Assembly: GCA_046726415.1 (NCBI GenBank)
Contig: JBKPAK010000319.1
Coordinates: 1-21,171, forward strand
Direction of reading: 5' to 3'
Length of the DNA stretch: 21,171 nucleotides
Origin: Candidatus Methylomirabilota bacterium
Lineage (GTDB): Bacteria; Methylomirabilota; Methylomirabilia; Rokubacteriales; CSP1-6
Below the pieces are notes generated by a model. It was not told the origin of the DNA, searched no databases, and saw only the letters and a program-made list of their open reading frames with translations. Shown one piece after another: positions 9,746 to 18,848 of this stretch. Position 1 is the stretch's first letter. Each line of letters starts with the position of its first letter. Made by a program: the position numbers and the translations under genes.

Positions 9746-11050
9746 TCACCCACGGAAGCTCGCGCTCTCATGAAGGAAGGTCAGGACATGGCGCCACGCA
9801 TCGGCCCCTGCCTCCGAGTTAGCGCGCGGAGAGCCGCCTCCAGTGTAGTGCACGCCGTTGGGATGCATGTACTCGATCTGCGTCGTGGGACTGTACGGAA
9901 TATAGATCGCGTGGCCGGCACCTTCGTAGCTCAGATGGAGGAACGGGAAGCGATAACCGTGCTGCTGCAGGCGTCGAATGGCGATGTCGGTCAGAATCGA
10001 AGAGGGCCAGATCTGATCGTCCCGCCCAGAGACCAGGAGAATCGGCCCTTGAGTTCTTTCCACGGGGATGGTCGCCCGCTCGACGGCGTTCAGGTCACGA
10101 AGCTGCGAGAGGTAGCGTGGTGATTCCGCGACAGGTGATTTACTGTAGTCCACCGAGGTCGGATCGTCGGTGTTGTTGTGCTCCTGGAGGTATGGCAACG
10201 GCCGCCCGCCCGAACTCCAGCATGCTGGAACATCGGGTGGGTCGTGTGGTTCGAAGGGGCCGTGGAGGACACCGCTGGCGACATAGGCGATGACGGCATT
10301 GATTGTCGGAATCGTCGCCCCGAGCAGCAGGGCCAGTTCGCCACCGCGCGACGCTCCCCACACAGCCAGGAAGCCATCCCGCAGCCACGGCTGCTCGCGC
10401 ATCCAGCGGATGGCGTTCTCGAAGTACTCCAGGGGGATGTTTACGAGCTCCTGAGGGATCCCGGGAGCCCGAAAGTACGCCAGCGACAAGGCGGCGTAGC
10501 CGTGTGAGGCTGCGAGGGCGGAGCGGTGCTCCGAAATGCCACCGTCCGAGCCGCCGAGCACGATGACGGCGGGATGCGGGCCTTCGCCCGCAGGCATGAA
10601 AAGCGTGCCTACGACGCCGGCCTCGCGCACCGGTAGACGCGTGACGCCGGGACCGGCCAGCCGACGTTCGAGCGTCAGCTCCACACGCGGACTTCCGGAC
10701 GCCTCGGTTTCGAGACGAACGACCAGCGGCAACGTAACGGAGTACGGAAGCGCCGGCGGCTCGCCCGGAAGGGGAGCTGCGGACCAGAAGAGCCCCATCG
10801 CCGACACTCCGCCGTACGTGCCGGCCGCAGGGGCGTCACGCGTGAGGTCGACGCGACCAGCGCCGTCGGCGACGAATGTCGCGTTCGACCCCCAGCGTCC
10901 GGCACCCGGAATCTGAAAGGTCGCGTTGACGGTCACCGGGGCTCTTGGGACGAAGCCTTCCAAGGCAATCGCAGTCGGCGCGTTATACAACGCCACCGGC
11001 TGATCGACGACGATCCGCGGCGTGCGCCGTGGCGACAAGGAGGACTGCAT
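9746..11050 (-). CDS. Acyl-CoA thioesterase / BAAT-family hydrolase (cassette)
   Basis: N-terminal ADGAGRVDL and MGLFWS; GGSDGG; nucleophile GASRGGE; SGRDDQIWPS; YEGAGH. Confidence 0.9.
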   Translation of the reverse strand: MQSSLSPRRTPRIVVDQPVALYNAPTAIALEGFVPRAPVTVNATFQIPGAGRWGSNATFVADGAGRVDLTRDAPAAGTYGGVSAMGLFWSAAPLPGEPPALPYSVTLPLVVRLETEASGSPRVELTLERRLAGPGVTRLPVREAGVVGTLFMPAGEGPHPAVIVLGGSDGGISEHRSALAASHGYAALSLAYFRAPGIPQELVNIPLEYFENAIRWMREQPWLRDGFLAVWGASRGGELALLLGATIPTINAVIAYVASGVLHGPFEPHDPPDVPACWSSGGRPLPYLQEHNNTDDPTSVDYSKSPVAESPRYLSQLRDLNAVERATIPVERTQGPILLVSGRDDQIWPSSILTDIAIRRLQQHGYRFPFLHLSYEGAGHAIYIPYSPTTQIEYMHPNGVHYTGGGSPRANSEAGADAWRHVLTFLHESASFRG

Positions 11051-11109
11051 CACATCATCCCGGTTCTACTCGTTCCGATCGCGGCCCGTCGTCCACCAAG
11101 TCCGTGGCC

Positions 11110-11181
11110 GTCCAATGCCGGCGTTGAGCCGCGGCCGCGAGCGAATGCGAGCGAGCCGTCCGCTCAAGCGCCATGTTGGGC
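11110..11181 (-). repeat. attC site (72 bp) with mutated R' core (ATT instead of GTT)
   Basis: GCCCAAC ATGGC GCTTGAGC GGACGG...CCGCG GCTCAAC GCCGGC ATTGGAC. Confidence 0.88.
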
Positions 11182-11978
11182 GGCAGGCTTCCGGCCGCTT
11201 GTGATGAAGAAGGTCACCGACCAGAGAAACTTGCCCTGCGCAACCGTTTCGTCGTACAGGATCTCCCAGCGCATCACGTCGTCGTCGGTCATGATGCCCT
11301 CGGCGGAGGCCGCGCGTGCCCAAGCGCGAAGTCCGAGGACGCCATCGAGCGACAGCGGATCGCGGACGATCAGCGTCTTCGCTTCGACGGATACCTGCTC
11401 CAAGCCCGCGTCGACGAATCTGCCCGCCATCCGGTGTGCCAGCGTACCGTTTCGTAACGCGTGATGTGCGCGAACGTCCAATACCTTCCGGGCAAGGCTC
11501 TGGTCAGGAAACTCCATCACCTGCGTTCCATAATCGGGATCAACGACGACAATCGTTCCACCAGGCTTCAGCACGCGTACCTTTTCATCGAGGGCGCGGT
11601 CGGGGCGGACGAGATGCTGAAAGGTCCTGTCTGACCAGCAACCGTCGACGAGTCCAGACGGGAGCGGCAGCGCCTCTGCGTCGCTGACGACAGATAGCTT
11701 CAGACCACGCGCCCGGAACTCGGAACACATCGTCAGAGACCGATCGACGCCGATGACCGTCGCCCTGACCGCTAGGGCACCGGCGCCGACTCCCGCACCT
11801 ATTTCCCGATATCGGCCTGTCGGCCGCGGGGCAAGAATCGCGCGGGCACGGTCCTTGTACGCCCGATAGAACGATAGAACGGTTCTCGGTGCAGCCGGTC
11901 GAGGCAGTCGACCCAGGCGCCAGGCTTCGCCTCTTCATCTACTCGTGTGAAGCCGTGCTTTCCGGTGGCTGGCGTCAC
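11164..11978 (-). pseudogene. Class I SAM-dependent methyltransferase (cassette), frameshifted by an 8-bp duplication
   Basis: Removing one TTCTATCG copy (11864-11879) restores a 269-codon frame: ...EPFYRAYKDRARAILAP...EIGAGVG...VIGVDRS...DAEALP...RVLKPGG. Confidence 0.85.
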
Positions 11979-11996
11979 CGTTTCCCATCTCCTGCC

Positions 11997-12069
11997 GTCC
12001 AACGCCCGCGATAACCCGCGACGGCTGAGCAACGCGAAGCCCGCGTCGGGTTCATCGCGAATGTAGACT
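11997..12069 (-). repeat. attC site with a 1-nt deletion in R''
   Basis: AGTCTA-C ATTCG CGATGAAC CCGACG...CGTCGCGG GTTATCG CGGGC GTTGGAC. Confidence 0.85.
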
Positions 12070-12817
12070 ATGGGTCGGGTGCCGACCAACACTGGTTGAA
12101 AGAATCGCCCATCCACGCGTCCAACGCTCTCGAAGCCGACTGTGCGCATCAGTTCGGTGACCTGCTCCACAGGGATCGCGAGATAGCTGGTCTTCAGGAC
12201 AGTGGCCCCCGCTTCTGCTCCATCTGTTGGCGTGATCTCGAATGTCAGGTCGTATCGCGGCCCACGCCACGTCCACACCTGACGCAGATGCTACCGGCGA
12301 CCGGCCCAGACACGCTCGCCATATGGTCGCACTTCGACCGTTCCGGTGGGCGGCGGCGATTCGTAGTCGCGCATCCAGATCAAGCATCCACCGCCTCGAC
12401 GCACGCAGCGGAAGCACTCGGCGAGGGTCCCTCGGATGTCCGCCGCGCTGTCACGATGGGGCAGGGAGTTGTCGCAGAGGAGCACGACATCGAACGCCGC
12501 CGACCGCACGGGCAGCGCCCGGAAGTCGGCGACCAGAGAGACGAGCGGCAAGCGCCGCACAACCGCCTCGTGTCGGGCCCGGGTGACAGCACCAACGGAG
12601 AGATCCGAGCCTGTGACCCGGAAGCCCCTTGCGAGAAGGCCGAGTGCTGGGGTCCCGATGCCCAGCGCAGCGTCCAACACCGCGTGCGCACCCGCTCCCC
12701 AGTATTCGCCGATGAGCGATGCCAGCGCGCCGCCCTGGCGCATGACGCTCGTCTCCCAGTCCTCGTAGATGAGGTGATACAGAGGCGCCAACTCGTCATA
12801 GAAGGCTCTGCCGTCAC
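12063..12817 (-). pseudogene. Class I SAM-dependent methyltransferase (cassette), multiple lesions
   Basis: FYDELAPLYHLIYEDW, VLDAALGIGT, VTGSDLS and ADFRALP motifs. Lesions are a frameshift near 12810, an in-frame TAG at 12291-12293, and loss of the natural stop at ~12064. Confidence 0.82.
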
Positions 12818-12828
12818 GTTCTCTTGTG

Positions 12829-12900
12829 ATCTAACGCCCGCGGTGAGCGGCCGCGGCGAGCGAATGCGATCCGGCGGTCCCCTCCACTGCGTCGTTAGAC
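12829..12900 (-). repeat. attC site (72 bp)
   Basis: GTCTAAC GACGC AGTGGAGG GGACCGC...GCGGCC GCTCACC GCGGGC GTTAGAT. Confidence 0.92.
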
Positions 12901-12912
12901 AACGAAATCGCG

Positions 12913-13443
12913 CTACGGCTCACGGTTCCAGCTCTTGGCTGGCAAGTTGCGAACGATCTCCCGTGCAGGCCGCCCTGCGAGGCTCCCGAGCTCCCGAAAT
13001 GCGCGGCCGCTCACATAACAGTGCTCCCCGGGGAAACACACGCCGAGTCGCTGATAAAGACGCCGCCCTGCACGCTCGGCGACCACCAACCCCTTGAGGT
13101 AGGTTCCGCCGACTCTTCGGACCTCGCCCGCAGCGGCGGCCAGCAAGGCGACCGCGACCCCCTGGCCGCGCCGACCGGGAATAACGTAGACATCGAGGAC
13201 TTCGCCCCCGCTCACGCAGTGGTGCAAGTCGTAAGACCAAATCCATGCTCCAAAACCGATGAGCGTGTCAGTCTCGTCAGCCACGAGCACGTTGACTCGA
13301 CCCGCTGACACGTCCCGCTCAAGGGCGTCAGCAGCACCACCCCAGGCCGTTGACAATGCCTCGCCCATGTAGGCCTGAAGTAGCTGCGCTAGGCCGCTGC
13401 TGTCACCCGCTCCAAGTGCGCGTACTCGAACGGTCCGCTTCAC
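12913..13443 (-). CDS. GNAT family N-acetyltransferase (cassette)
   Basis: DVYVIPGRRGQGVAVALL acetyl-CoA-binding motif; RRLYQRLG. Confidence 0.85.
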   Translation of the reverse strand: MKRTVRVRALGAGDSSGLAQLLQAYMGEALSTAWGGAADALERDVSAGRVNVLVADETDTLIGFGAWIWSYDLHHCVSGGEVLDVYVIPGRRGQGVAVALLAAAAGEVRRVGGTYLKGLVVAERAGRRLYQRLGVCFPGEHCYVSGRAFRELGSLAGRPAREIVRNLPAKSWNREP

Positions 13444-13463
13444 AACCCTCGACCCGATCGTCT

Positions 13464-14030
13464 TTAGGCGCCGTCCCGGAGGTCCACGCGGTACCGAAGC
13501 TCGCGTCTGCCTCCGAGCGCTGGCGGCGTGAGGAACTCCTCCACAAATACACCGCCATTAGTCTGAATCACTCGCTGTGAAGCCAAGTTGTCCGGCGCCG
13601 TGGTGATTTCGACGTAACGGAGGCCTTCGGCTTTCGCTTCTCGCAATACTTCGCGTAGCGCACGCGTGGCGTAGCCGCGCCCTTGCTTCCAGGGCACGAC
13701 GGTGTAGCCGATGTGTCCAAGGCAGTGCGGAGGGAGCGCCTCTGTCCCGCGTTGCCAACGCAACCCGATGCTGCCACAGAATTCTCCGTCCCAGAGCCAG
13801 CGTCGGTAGCCGGGAAGCCGGGGAACTTTCGTTCCGTCTGGCAAGGTGATGGGGCCTCCAGTTCCTTGCTTATCAACCAGACTTGCAACGAACGTATCTG
13901 GATCTGCGGCAATTCGCGCCAGTTCCTCCTGCGCCGCCACGGCTCCGCGGACGTTGTCCGGCGACCATCCTCTCTCGAGAGCCGCGACGTAGCTCGGCAG
14001 GTATTCCCGTGACGGCCAGACCAGCTTCAT
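13464..14030 (-). CDS. GNAT family N-acetyltransferase (cassette)
   Basis: GHIGYTVVPWKQGRGYAT and DNLASQRVIQTNGG motifs; RBS GAGGA. Confidence 0.9.
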   Translation of the reverse strand: MKLVWPSREYLPSYVAALERGWSPDNVRGAVAAQEELARIAADPDTFVASLVDKQGTGGPITLPDGTKVPRLPGYRRWLWDGEFCGSIGLRWQRGTEALPPHCLGHIGYTVVPWKQGRGYATRALREVLREAKAEGLRYVEITTAPDNLASQRVIQTNGGVFVEEFLTPPALGGRRELRYRVDLRDGA

Positions 14031-14052
14031 TTCTGCGTCCTCGACACTAGCC

Positions 14053-14112
14053 GTCTAACGTTCAGGCTGAGCGGCCGGCGTCGAGGCGGACCGCTCCAGC
14101 CTGTTGTTCGGC
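14053..14112 (-). repeat. attC site (60 bp)
   Basis: GCCGAAC AACAG GCTGGAGC GGTCCG...CGGCC GCTCAGC CTGAAC GTTAGAC. Confidence 0.92.
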
Positions 14113-14658
14113 GGCCCACGACGACTGCCGCGACCGCCTGTGACGGACCCACCGCGTCACGCAGCGCTTGTCACCGCGCGAGTCCAGCTCGGAAGCGCCC
14201 ACCTCCAGAACTGTGAAGCCAAGTTTCTCGAGAACCCGCGCGGACGCACGATTCTCGTCTAGAGACATCGCGCGGACTTCAAAGGCGCCGAGGGCACCCG
14301 CTGCGAACTCGACCAGGAGGTCGGCCAGTTCCGTACCGAAGCCTGACCCCAGAACGCAGGGAGGACTGAGTACCCAATCGTTGCTACACCGGGGCCGACT
14401 CGGTGTGGCTGCGGACGCTGCCCAGGGCGATGAGCTTGCGCCAACCTGAAGCGCGGCACCGAGACGGTGAGCGCCGGAGGCTGCCGCTGGCACCTGGCAG
14501 AACTCGTGCGCCTCCTCGATTGAGATCGGCCTTTGTATCTGGAGAAGAGTTTGAGTCACCTTAGGGTTCGCGTACAGCGATTCCACGAACTCGGCGTCGC
14601 TCGCTTCGAGCATCCGAAGCTCAAGCCGATCAGATCGCAGCACGACCGTTGGTGTCAT
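14062..14658 (-). pseudogene. RimJ/RimL-type GNAT acetyltransferase (cassette) with internal compensating frameshifts
   Basis: LRSDRLELR and ENRASARVLEKLGF are in the main frame, but the motif ATIGYSVLPAFWGQ lies in another frame (ORF 14259..14459). Confidence 0.78.
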
Positions 14659-14667
14659 CCCCTGTCC

Positions 14668-14728
14668 GCCGAACGCCGCGGCTCAGCGGCGCCCATCAGC
14701 GGGCGTCGGCTGAAGCCGCTTGTTGGGC
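14668..14728 (-). repeat. attC site (61 bp)
   Basis: GCCCAAC AAGCG GCTTCAGC CGACGCCC GCTGAT GGGCGCC GCTGAGC CGCGGC GTTCGGC. Confidence 0.92.
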
Positions 14729-14740
14729 AGCCGGTTAGGA

Positions 14741-15637
14741 TCATTGCGCGCTCTGCCTCGAGATCTCCACCAGCGCGGCCCGCTGAAATTCGGCCAACTG
14801 CTCTCGCCCACGACCGATGGGTATCAGATACCGTTCGCGATACGCACTCGCGCCGACGTCTTCGATCAGGATGAGCCCACGTGCCGCAAGATACCGAGGG
14901 AGTTCGGCTGGGTCGAAGCCAAACGTGTACGGCTCGCCCGCCCGACGGACGGTGGCCAGCGTTTTGTCCGCTCCCACAAACGTCGCCGACCCATCAAGGA
15001 TGGCCCGGTGAATGTACGTAAAGACCATCCGACTCCCGACGGCGGCGCCCTGGGCTACGTACTCAAACACGGCATGGACGACGCGAGCCGGCAGGTAATG
15101 CGTGACGCCCTCGCAAATGAAGAAAGTCTTGGCGCCCCTTCGATACCCAGAGCTGAGCATAACCGTGTCCAGCGTGTGCCTACTGAAATCGATCGAGACG
15201 AGGGTGACGTGTGGTGGGAGTGTCCCGAGTCGTCGCGCGACAGCGTCCTTCTTCTTGGCTTGGGTCAGTGGATGGTCCACTTCAAAGACACGGGTAGCCT
15301 CGATTCCAGGGATTCGATAGGCTCGGCTGTCGAACCCAGCTCCGAGGATCACGACCTGCTCCACACCCATCCGGAGAGCTTCACCGAGGACATCATCGAT
15401 GTATCTGGTACGAACCACCACCGTTCCCCTTGACCCCGGCCAGTGCCCGTCAATGAGCGACCACGGCAAGGCGGCACCGACCACCGGCAGCCGCGACAGA
15501 TGAAGCGCCCATCGGAAGCGCCAGCCGAGAAAAGCGGCGGCGAAGGGGTCCTCAAAGAGCTGAGTGCTTGCGGAGCGAGAGGATTCCGTGGCCTTCCAGA
15601 GGGCGACAACCGTGGCGGTTCGGCTGACGGCTTGCAA
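14741..15637 (-). CDS. SAM-dependent methyltransferase, LCM / leucine carboxyl methyltransferase-like family (cassette)
   Basis: VSRTA, DPFAAAF, RTRYIDD, QVVILGAGFDSRAYR, FEVDHP and EGVTHYL motifs. Likely start is TTG 15637 after GGAGG; the ORF-track start at 15760 crosses an attC. Confidence 0.9.
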   Translation of the reverse strand: MQAVSRTATVVALWKATESSRSASTQLFEDPFAAAFLGWRFRWALHLSRLPVVGAALPWSLIDGHWPGSRGTVVVRTRYIDDVLGEALRMGVEQVVILGAGFDSRAYRIPGIEATRVFEVDHPLTQAKKKDAVARRLGTLPPHVTLVSIDFSRHTLDTVMLSSGYRRGAKTFFICEGVTHYLPARVVHAVFEYVAQGAAVGSRMVFTYIHRAILDGSATFVGADKTLATVRRAGEPYTFGFDPAELPRYLAARGLILIEDVGASAYRERYLIPIGRGREQLAEFQRAALVEISRQSAQ

Positions 15638-15681
15638 CCTGGGCTCCCTCCGGTCCTCACTCCATGCTGGCGACCTTGTCT

Positions 15682-15753
15682 GCCCAACGCCCGCGGTGAG
15701 CGGCCGCGGCGAGCACATGCGAGCCAGCGGGCCGCTCGACAGCCTTGTTAGAC
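15682..15753 (-). repeat. attC site (72 bp)
   Basis: GTCTAAC AAGGC TGTCGAGC GGCCCGC...GCGGCC GCTCACC GCGGGC GTTGGGC. Confidence 0.92.
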
Positions 15754-15796
15754 CGTTCAAAACACAGAGAGGACGAGCCAGTCGTCTCTGGTAGCG

Positions 15797-16966
15797 TCAC
15801 AGCATCAGCGTAGGGGTGTCCAGTTCGAGTCCAAACAACAGGCGGCCGACGGTCTCCAGGTTTCGGGGATGGACACCGATATGCTGGGTTACGGCATGGA
15901 CATCGCGGAACGCGCGCTCGATCGGGCAGGTGGCGTAGAGCGACGTCGCTCCACCTGCCAGGTAAATGAGATCGACTGCCTGCACCGCGCTCGTAACGGC
16001 GTGCCAGCTCGCCAACCGCACCTGCACTCGCTGCGGAACTGTCGCGCCGCGTCCCGCGAGCACGTCGTCCCACAACCGGGCGGTAGCGTCGAACAAGAAG
16101 AGCCGCGCCGAACGCACTAGGGCTTCGGCCTGCGCCAGCCGAGTCTGCGCGCCGCGGTCTTCGCTGAGCGGTTGGCTAGTCCGCTCATGGCGCTTTTCCT
16201 CCGCCAGGTCGATCAGTGCCTCGATTGCGCTCCTGGCAGTGCCGAGCGCGATCGCGCCGAGGCCAGGAGCGACGCGTGAATGGGCGGGAATCTCATATCG
16301 AGGGCCAGTCAAGACTGGAGGGTCGGTGTAGAAGGACGCATAGCGCGCCGGGACGAAGCGCTCCTCGACTACGACGTCGTGACTCCCCGTGCCGCGCAGT
16401 CCACTGACCGTCCACGTATCGAGGATCTCGCAATCTGAGGCTGGACAGAGCATGAAGCGGTATTCTGGCGCTCCCGACGACGTGAGCCGCGGCTTACTGT
16501 CCTCGTAGACGATGCACATGAGGATGAACCACGCGCTGAGCTGGCATCCGCTCACCAGCGACCAACGCCCGCTTACGCGGTAGCCCCCGTCGGCGACTGT
16601 GGCCCGCCCCGTTGGGCGTGTGCTGTTGGCGAGGATCATGGTCGGATCCGAAAAGATCTCGGTTGCGACTTCTTTCGACAGCCGGGCGGTTGTCCAGTGC
16701 ACGTTCGCATTCCAAACGCACCATGCAACTGATGCGTCCGCCCGCGCCAACTCCTCGTAGACGGCAATCGCCTCCAGCGGCGTAAGGTCCAGGCCGCCGT
16801 AGGCAGCAGGTAAGAAGATGCGAAAGAACCCGGCGCGGGCAAGGTCCCACGCAAGCCCCTCAGGCAGGCGCCGGGCGGCCTCAATGCGCTCCCGCTCATC
16901 GAGAATCCGCGGGCGAAAGGCACGGGCAGCCTCGATGACCTTGGTTGCCGTATCGCTAGTAACCAT
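15797..16966 (-). CDS. Acyl-CoA dehydrogenase-fold flavin-dependent monooxygenase (HsaA-like) (cassette)
   Basis: PAAYGGL, ELARADASVAW, GYRVSGRWSLVSG, DTWTVSGLRGTGSHDV and IERAFRDVH motifs. Confidence 0.9.
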   Translation of the reverse strand: MVTSDTATKVIEAARAFRPRILDERERIEAARRLPEGLAWDLARAGFFRIFLPAAYGGLDLTPLEAIAVYEELARADASVAWCVWNANVHWTTARLSKEVATEIFSDPTMILANSTRPTGRATVADGGYRVSGRWSLVSGCQLSAWFILMCIVYEDSKPRLTSSGAPEYRFMLCPASDCEILDTWTVSGLRGTGSHDVVVEERFVPARYASFYTDPPVLTGPRYEIPAHSRVAPGLGAIALGTARSAIEALIDLAEEKRHERTSQPLSEDRGAQTRLAQAEALVRSARLFLFDATARLWDDVLAGRGATVPQRVQVRLASWHAVTSAVQAVDLIYLAGGATSLYATCPIERAFRDVHAVTQHIGVHPRNLETVGRLLFGLELDTPTLML

Positions 16967-17016
16967 CGCGTCTCCAGCATACCGCCATGGGCGCGGCCGG
17001 TCAGTGCCCCATATCG

Positions 17017-17049
17017 ATCTAACATTGGCGCTGAAGCGCGTCGTTCGGC
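17017..17049 (-). repeat. Internally deleted attC (33 bp)
   Basis: GCCGAAC GACGC GCTTCAGC GCCAAT GTTAGAT: R'', spacer, a single L box, spacer, R'. Confidence 0.8.
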
Positions 17050-17124
17050 CCGGGCCGTTTGATGTTCCGGCGATCGGCCATGTCCGAGTCGACGAGCCGG
17101 AGGGCCGTTCTTCACCGCCGTCTC

Positions 17125-18588
17125 CTAGTCCGCGCCGGATGCCGATGCCGCGAGCACTGCTGCCGCTTCCCTCTCGACCGCAGTCCCCTGAAAGAACCGC
17201 GGGTTCACTTCGCCCTAGAGGCGCACTGCATTGGCGAAGGTGAAATCGCGGAAGTCGTCGGAGGTGATGAGGCCGTCTTCAACGAGCTCGAAGGCCTCTG
17301 GCAGCACCTCGCGCATGTCGGGCACATCGAAGTGACTGATGTCGGAGCCGAAGATGGCGTTCAAACGCGCGCCGAAGGGGTTCACGCGACGGTCGAATGC
17401 CCACGCATTGATCCGGTCGTCCGCTTCGCAACCGAAGTAAAAGGGCGAGATGAAGAGATCGCGCCAGTCTTCCGTGCGCTCGATCCGGCACGCGGAGTAG
17501 TCGTCGAGATTGGCGAGGCCGCCGGTAAGGTCCGCCGCATCGGGGTCTGGCCATCCATCACGCTTCTCGAGCGCGGCGACGATGTCGTCGTACCCGTACT
17601 TCCGCGCCTCGCTCATGAGGAGCGCGCGATCCAGTGACCGCGGATCGGTCCCTTCGAGCGCCTTTCCGTTCCGCTTCTCCCAGTGACCGATGAGCTCGGC
17701 GAAGAGCATGCACGCCCATCCCACACCGCCCTCTAAGAATGCAACCCGGAGGCTCGGGAATCGACGCGTCACTCCGCCCAGGAAGAGTGCCTTGCAGACC
17801 GCGTGACCCGCCGCCGCGAAGTGCCCGATGTGGTTGTACGTGAAATTCCCTGGCGAGAGACGCAACCCTTGCCGCCGGACCCCGGTATGGAAGGTGGGCG
17901 CCACCTTCAGCTCAACGCATCGCTTCCACAGGAGATCGTAGTCGTACGCGCTGTCCAGGCCGAGCGTGTCGTGCCAGACGGCGAAGCGCGCTGCCTCGGG
18001 ATCGGCGGTACCGACCGACGCCACCGGACGCGGCGGGAGACTGCCGAACATCCCGACCTTGAAACCGAGCTCCGTTGCGTGCTCGAGCTCCTCGATCGCC
18101 TCGTCGGGCGTGTGCATCGGGATGATGGCCGCCGGGGAGAGCCGGTCCGTGAGCTTGTGGGAGTATTCCATGGTCACGACGTTGAACGCCCGGCGCGCTG
18201 CCCGGCGCTGGGCGTCGTCCTGGATGCGCGGAACGCCCCCCGCCGTCGGGTAGATCACCGCATAATCGAAACCGATAGCTCCGAGCCGCTCGTGGAGGAG
18301 CCGCGGCAGCATGCCGGTCGCGCGATCGCGCGTGTTTTTCTCTTGGAATGACCAAAAGGACTCCTGCGCGATGCGCCGGCGCCGTCGCTCCGCGACGGAC
18401 ATCGACAAGACCTCCCGCGTGCCTTTGCTTACGGAGAGGACTCCCTCGAGGGCGGTGTCGCCACCCACCTTCCGGATCTCTTCGCGGAACACGGGCCCGT
18501 AGTGCAGCCAGTGTCCGTCGGCGTCGACGACGGGGTGCGAGAGGCGCGCGCGGATCTGCTCGGGCCTCGGCTGACCGCTGTTGCTCAC
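17125..18588 (-). pseudogene. Amidohydrolase_2 family protein (cassette), probable premature TAG at 17215-17217
   Basis: VVDADGH, AFLEGGVGW, YFGCEADD and FGSDISHFD motifs. The frame continues past the TAG as GEVNPRFFQGTAVEREAAAVLAASASGAD to a stop at 17125-17127. Confidence 0.75.
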
Positions 18589-18778
18589 GGGGTCTCCCTG
18601 GGCGCGGGGGCGTCTTGGTTGCAGTATCCTCCGCTAGCTTGCTCCCGTCGCCATGGTTGGGGGATGGTCTTCAACATCTGCAGTTCCCTGCCTGGCTGGT
18701 CACGCTACGCCGGTCGCCGCAGGTCCGCGTCGGGCGACGACCATGGTGATCTACCTCCGTGCATGCCGCCGTTAGTGC

Positions 18779-18836
18779 GCCGAACGCTGCCGCTGAGCGG
18801 CCCGCGAGGCCGGTCCGCTCCAGTGGCTTGTTCGGC
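18779..18836 (-). repeat. attC site (58 bp)
   Basis: GCCGAAC AAGCC ACTGGAGC GGACC GGCCTCGC GGGCC GCTCAGC GGCAGC GTTCGGC. Confidence 0.92.
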
Positions 18837-18848
18837 AGTAGCTGCGAC

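Noticed and set aside
15638..15760. ORF-track N-terminal extensions (15760; likewise 21098 and 2775)
   Set aside because: They cross an attC or attI, or overlap the upstream gene. Downstream starts with an RBS or translational coupling fit better.
12291..17217. Two in-frame TAG codons as evidence of amber recoding
   Set aside because: Context suggests different original residues (Tyr and Trp), TAG ends intact genes here (ferredoxin, DUF1989), and one affected gene has other lesions. Nonsense mutation is simpler.
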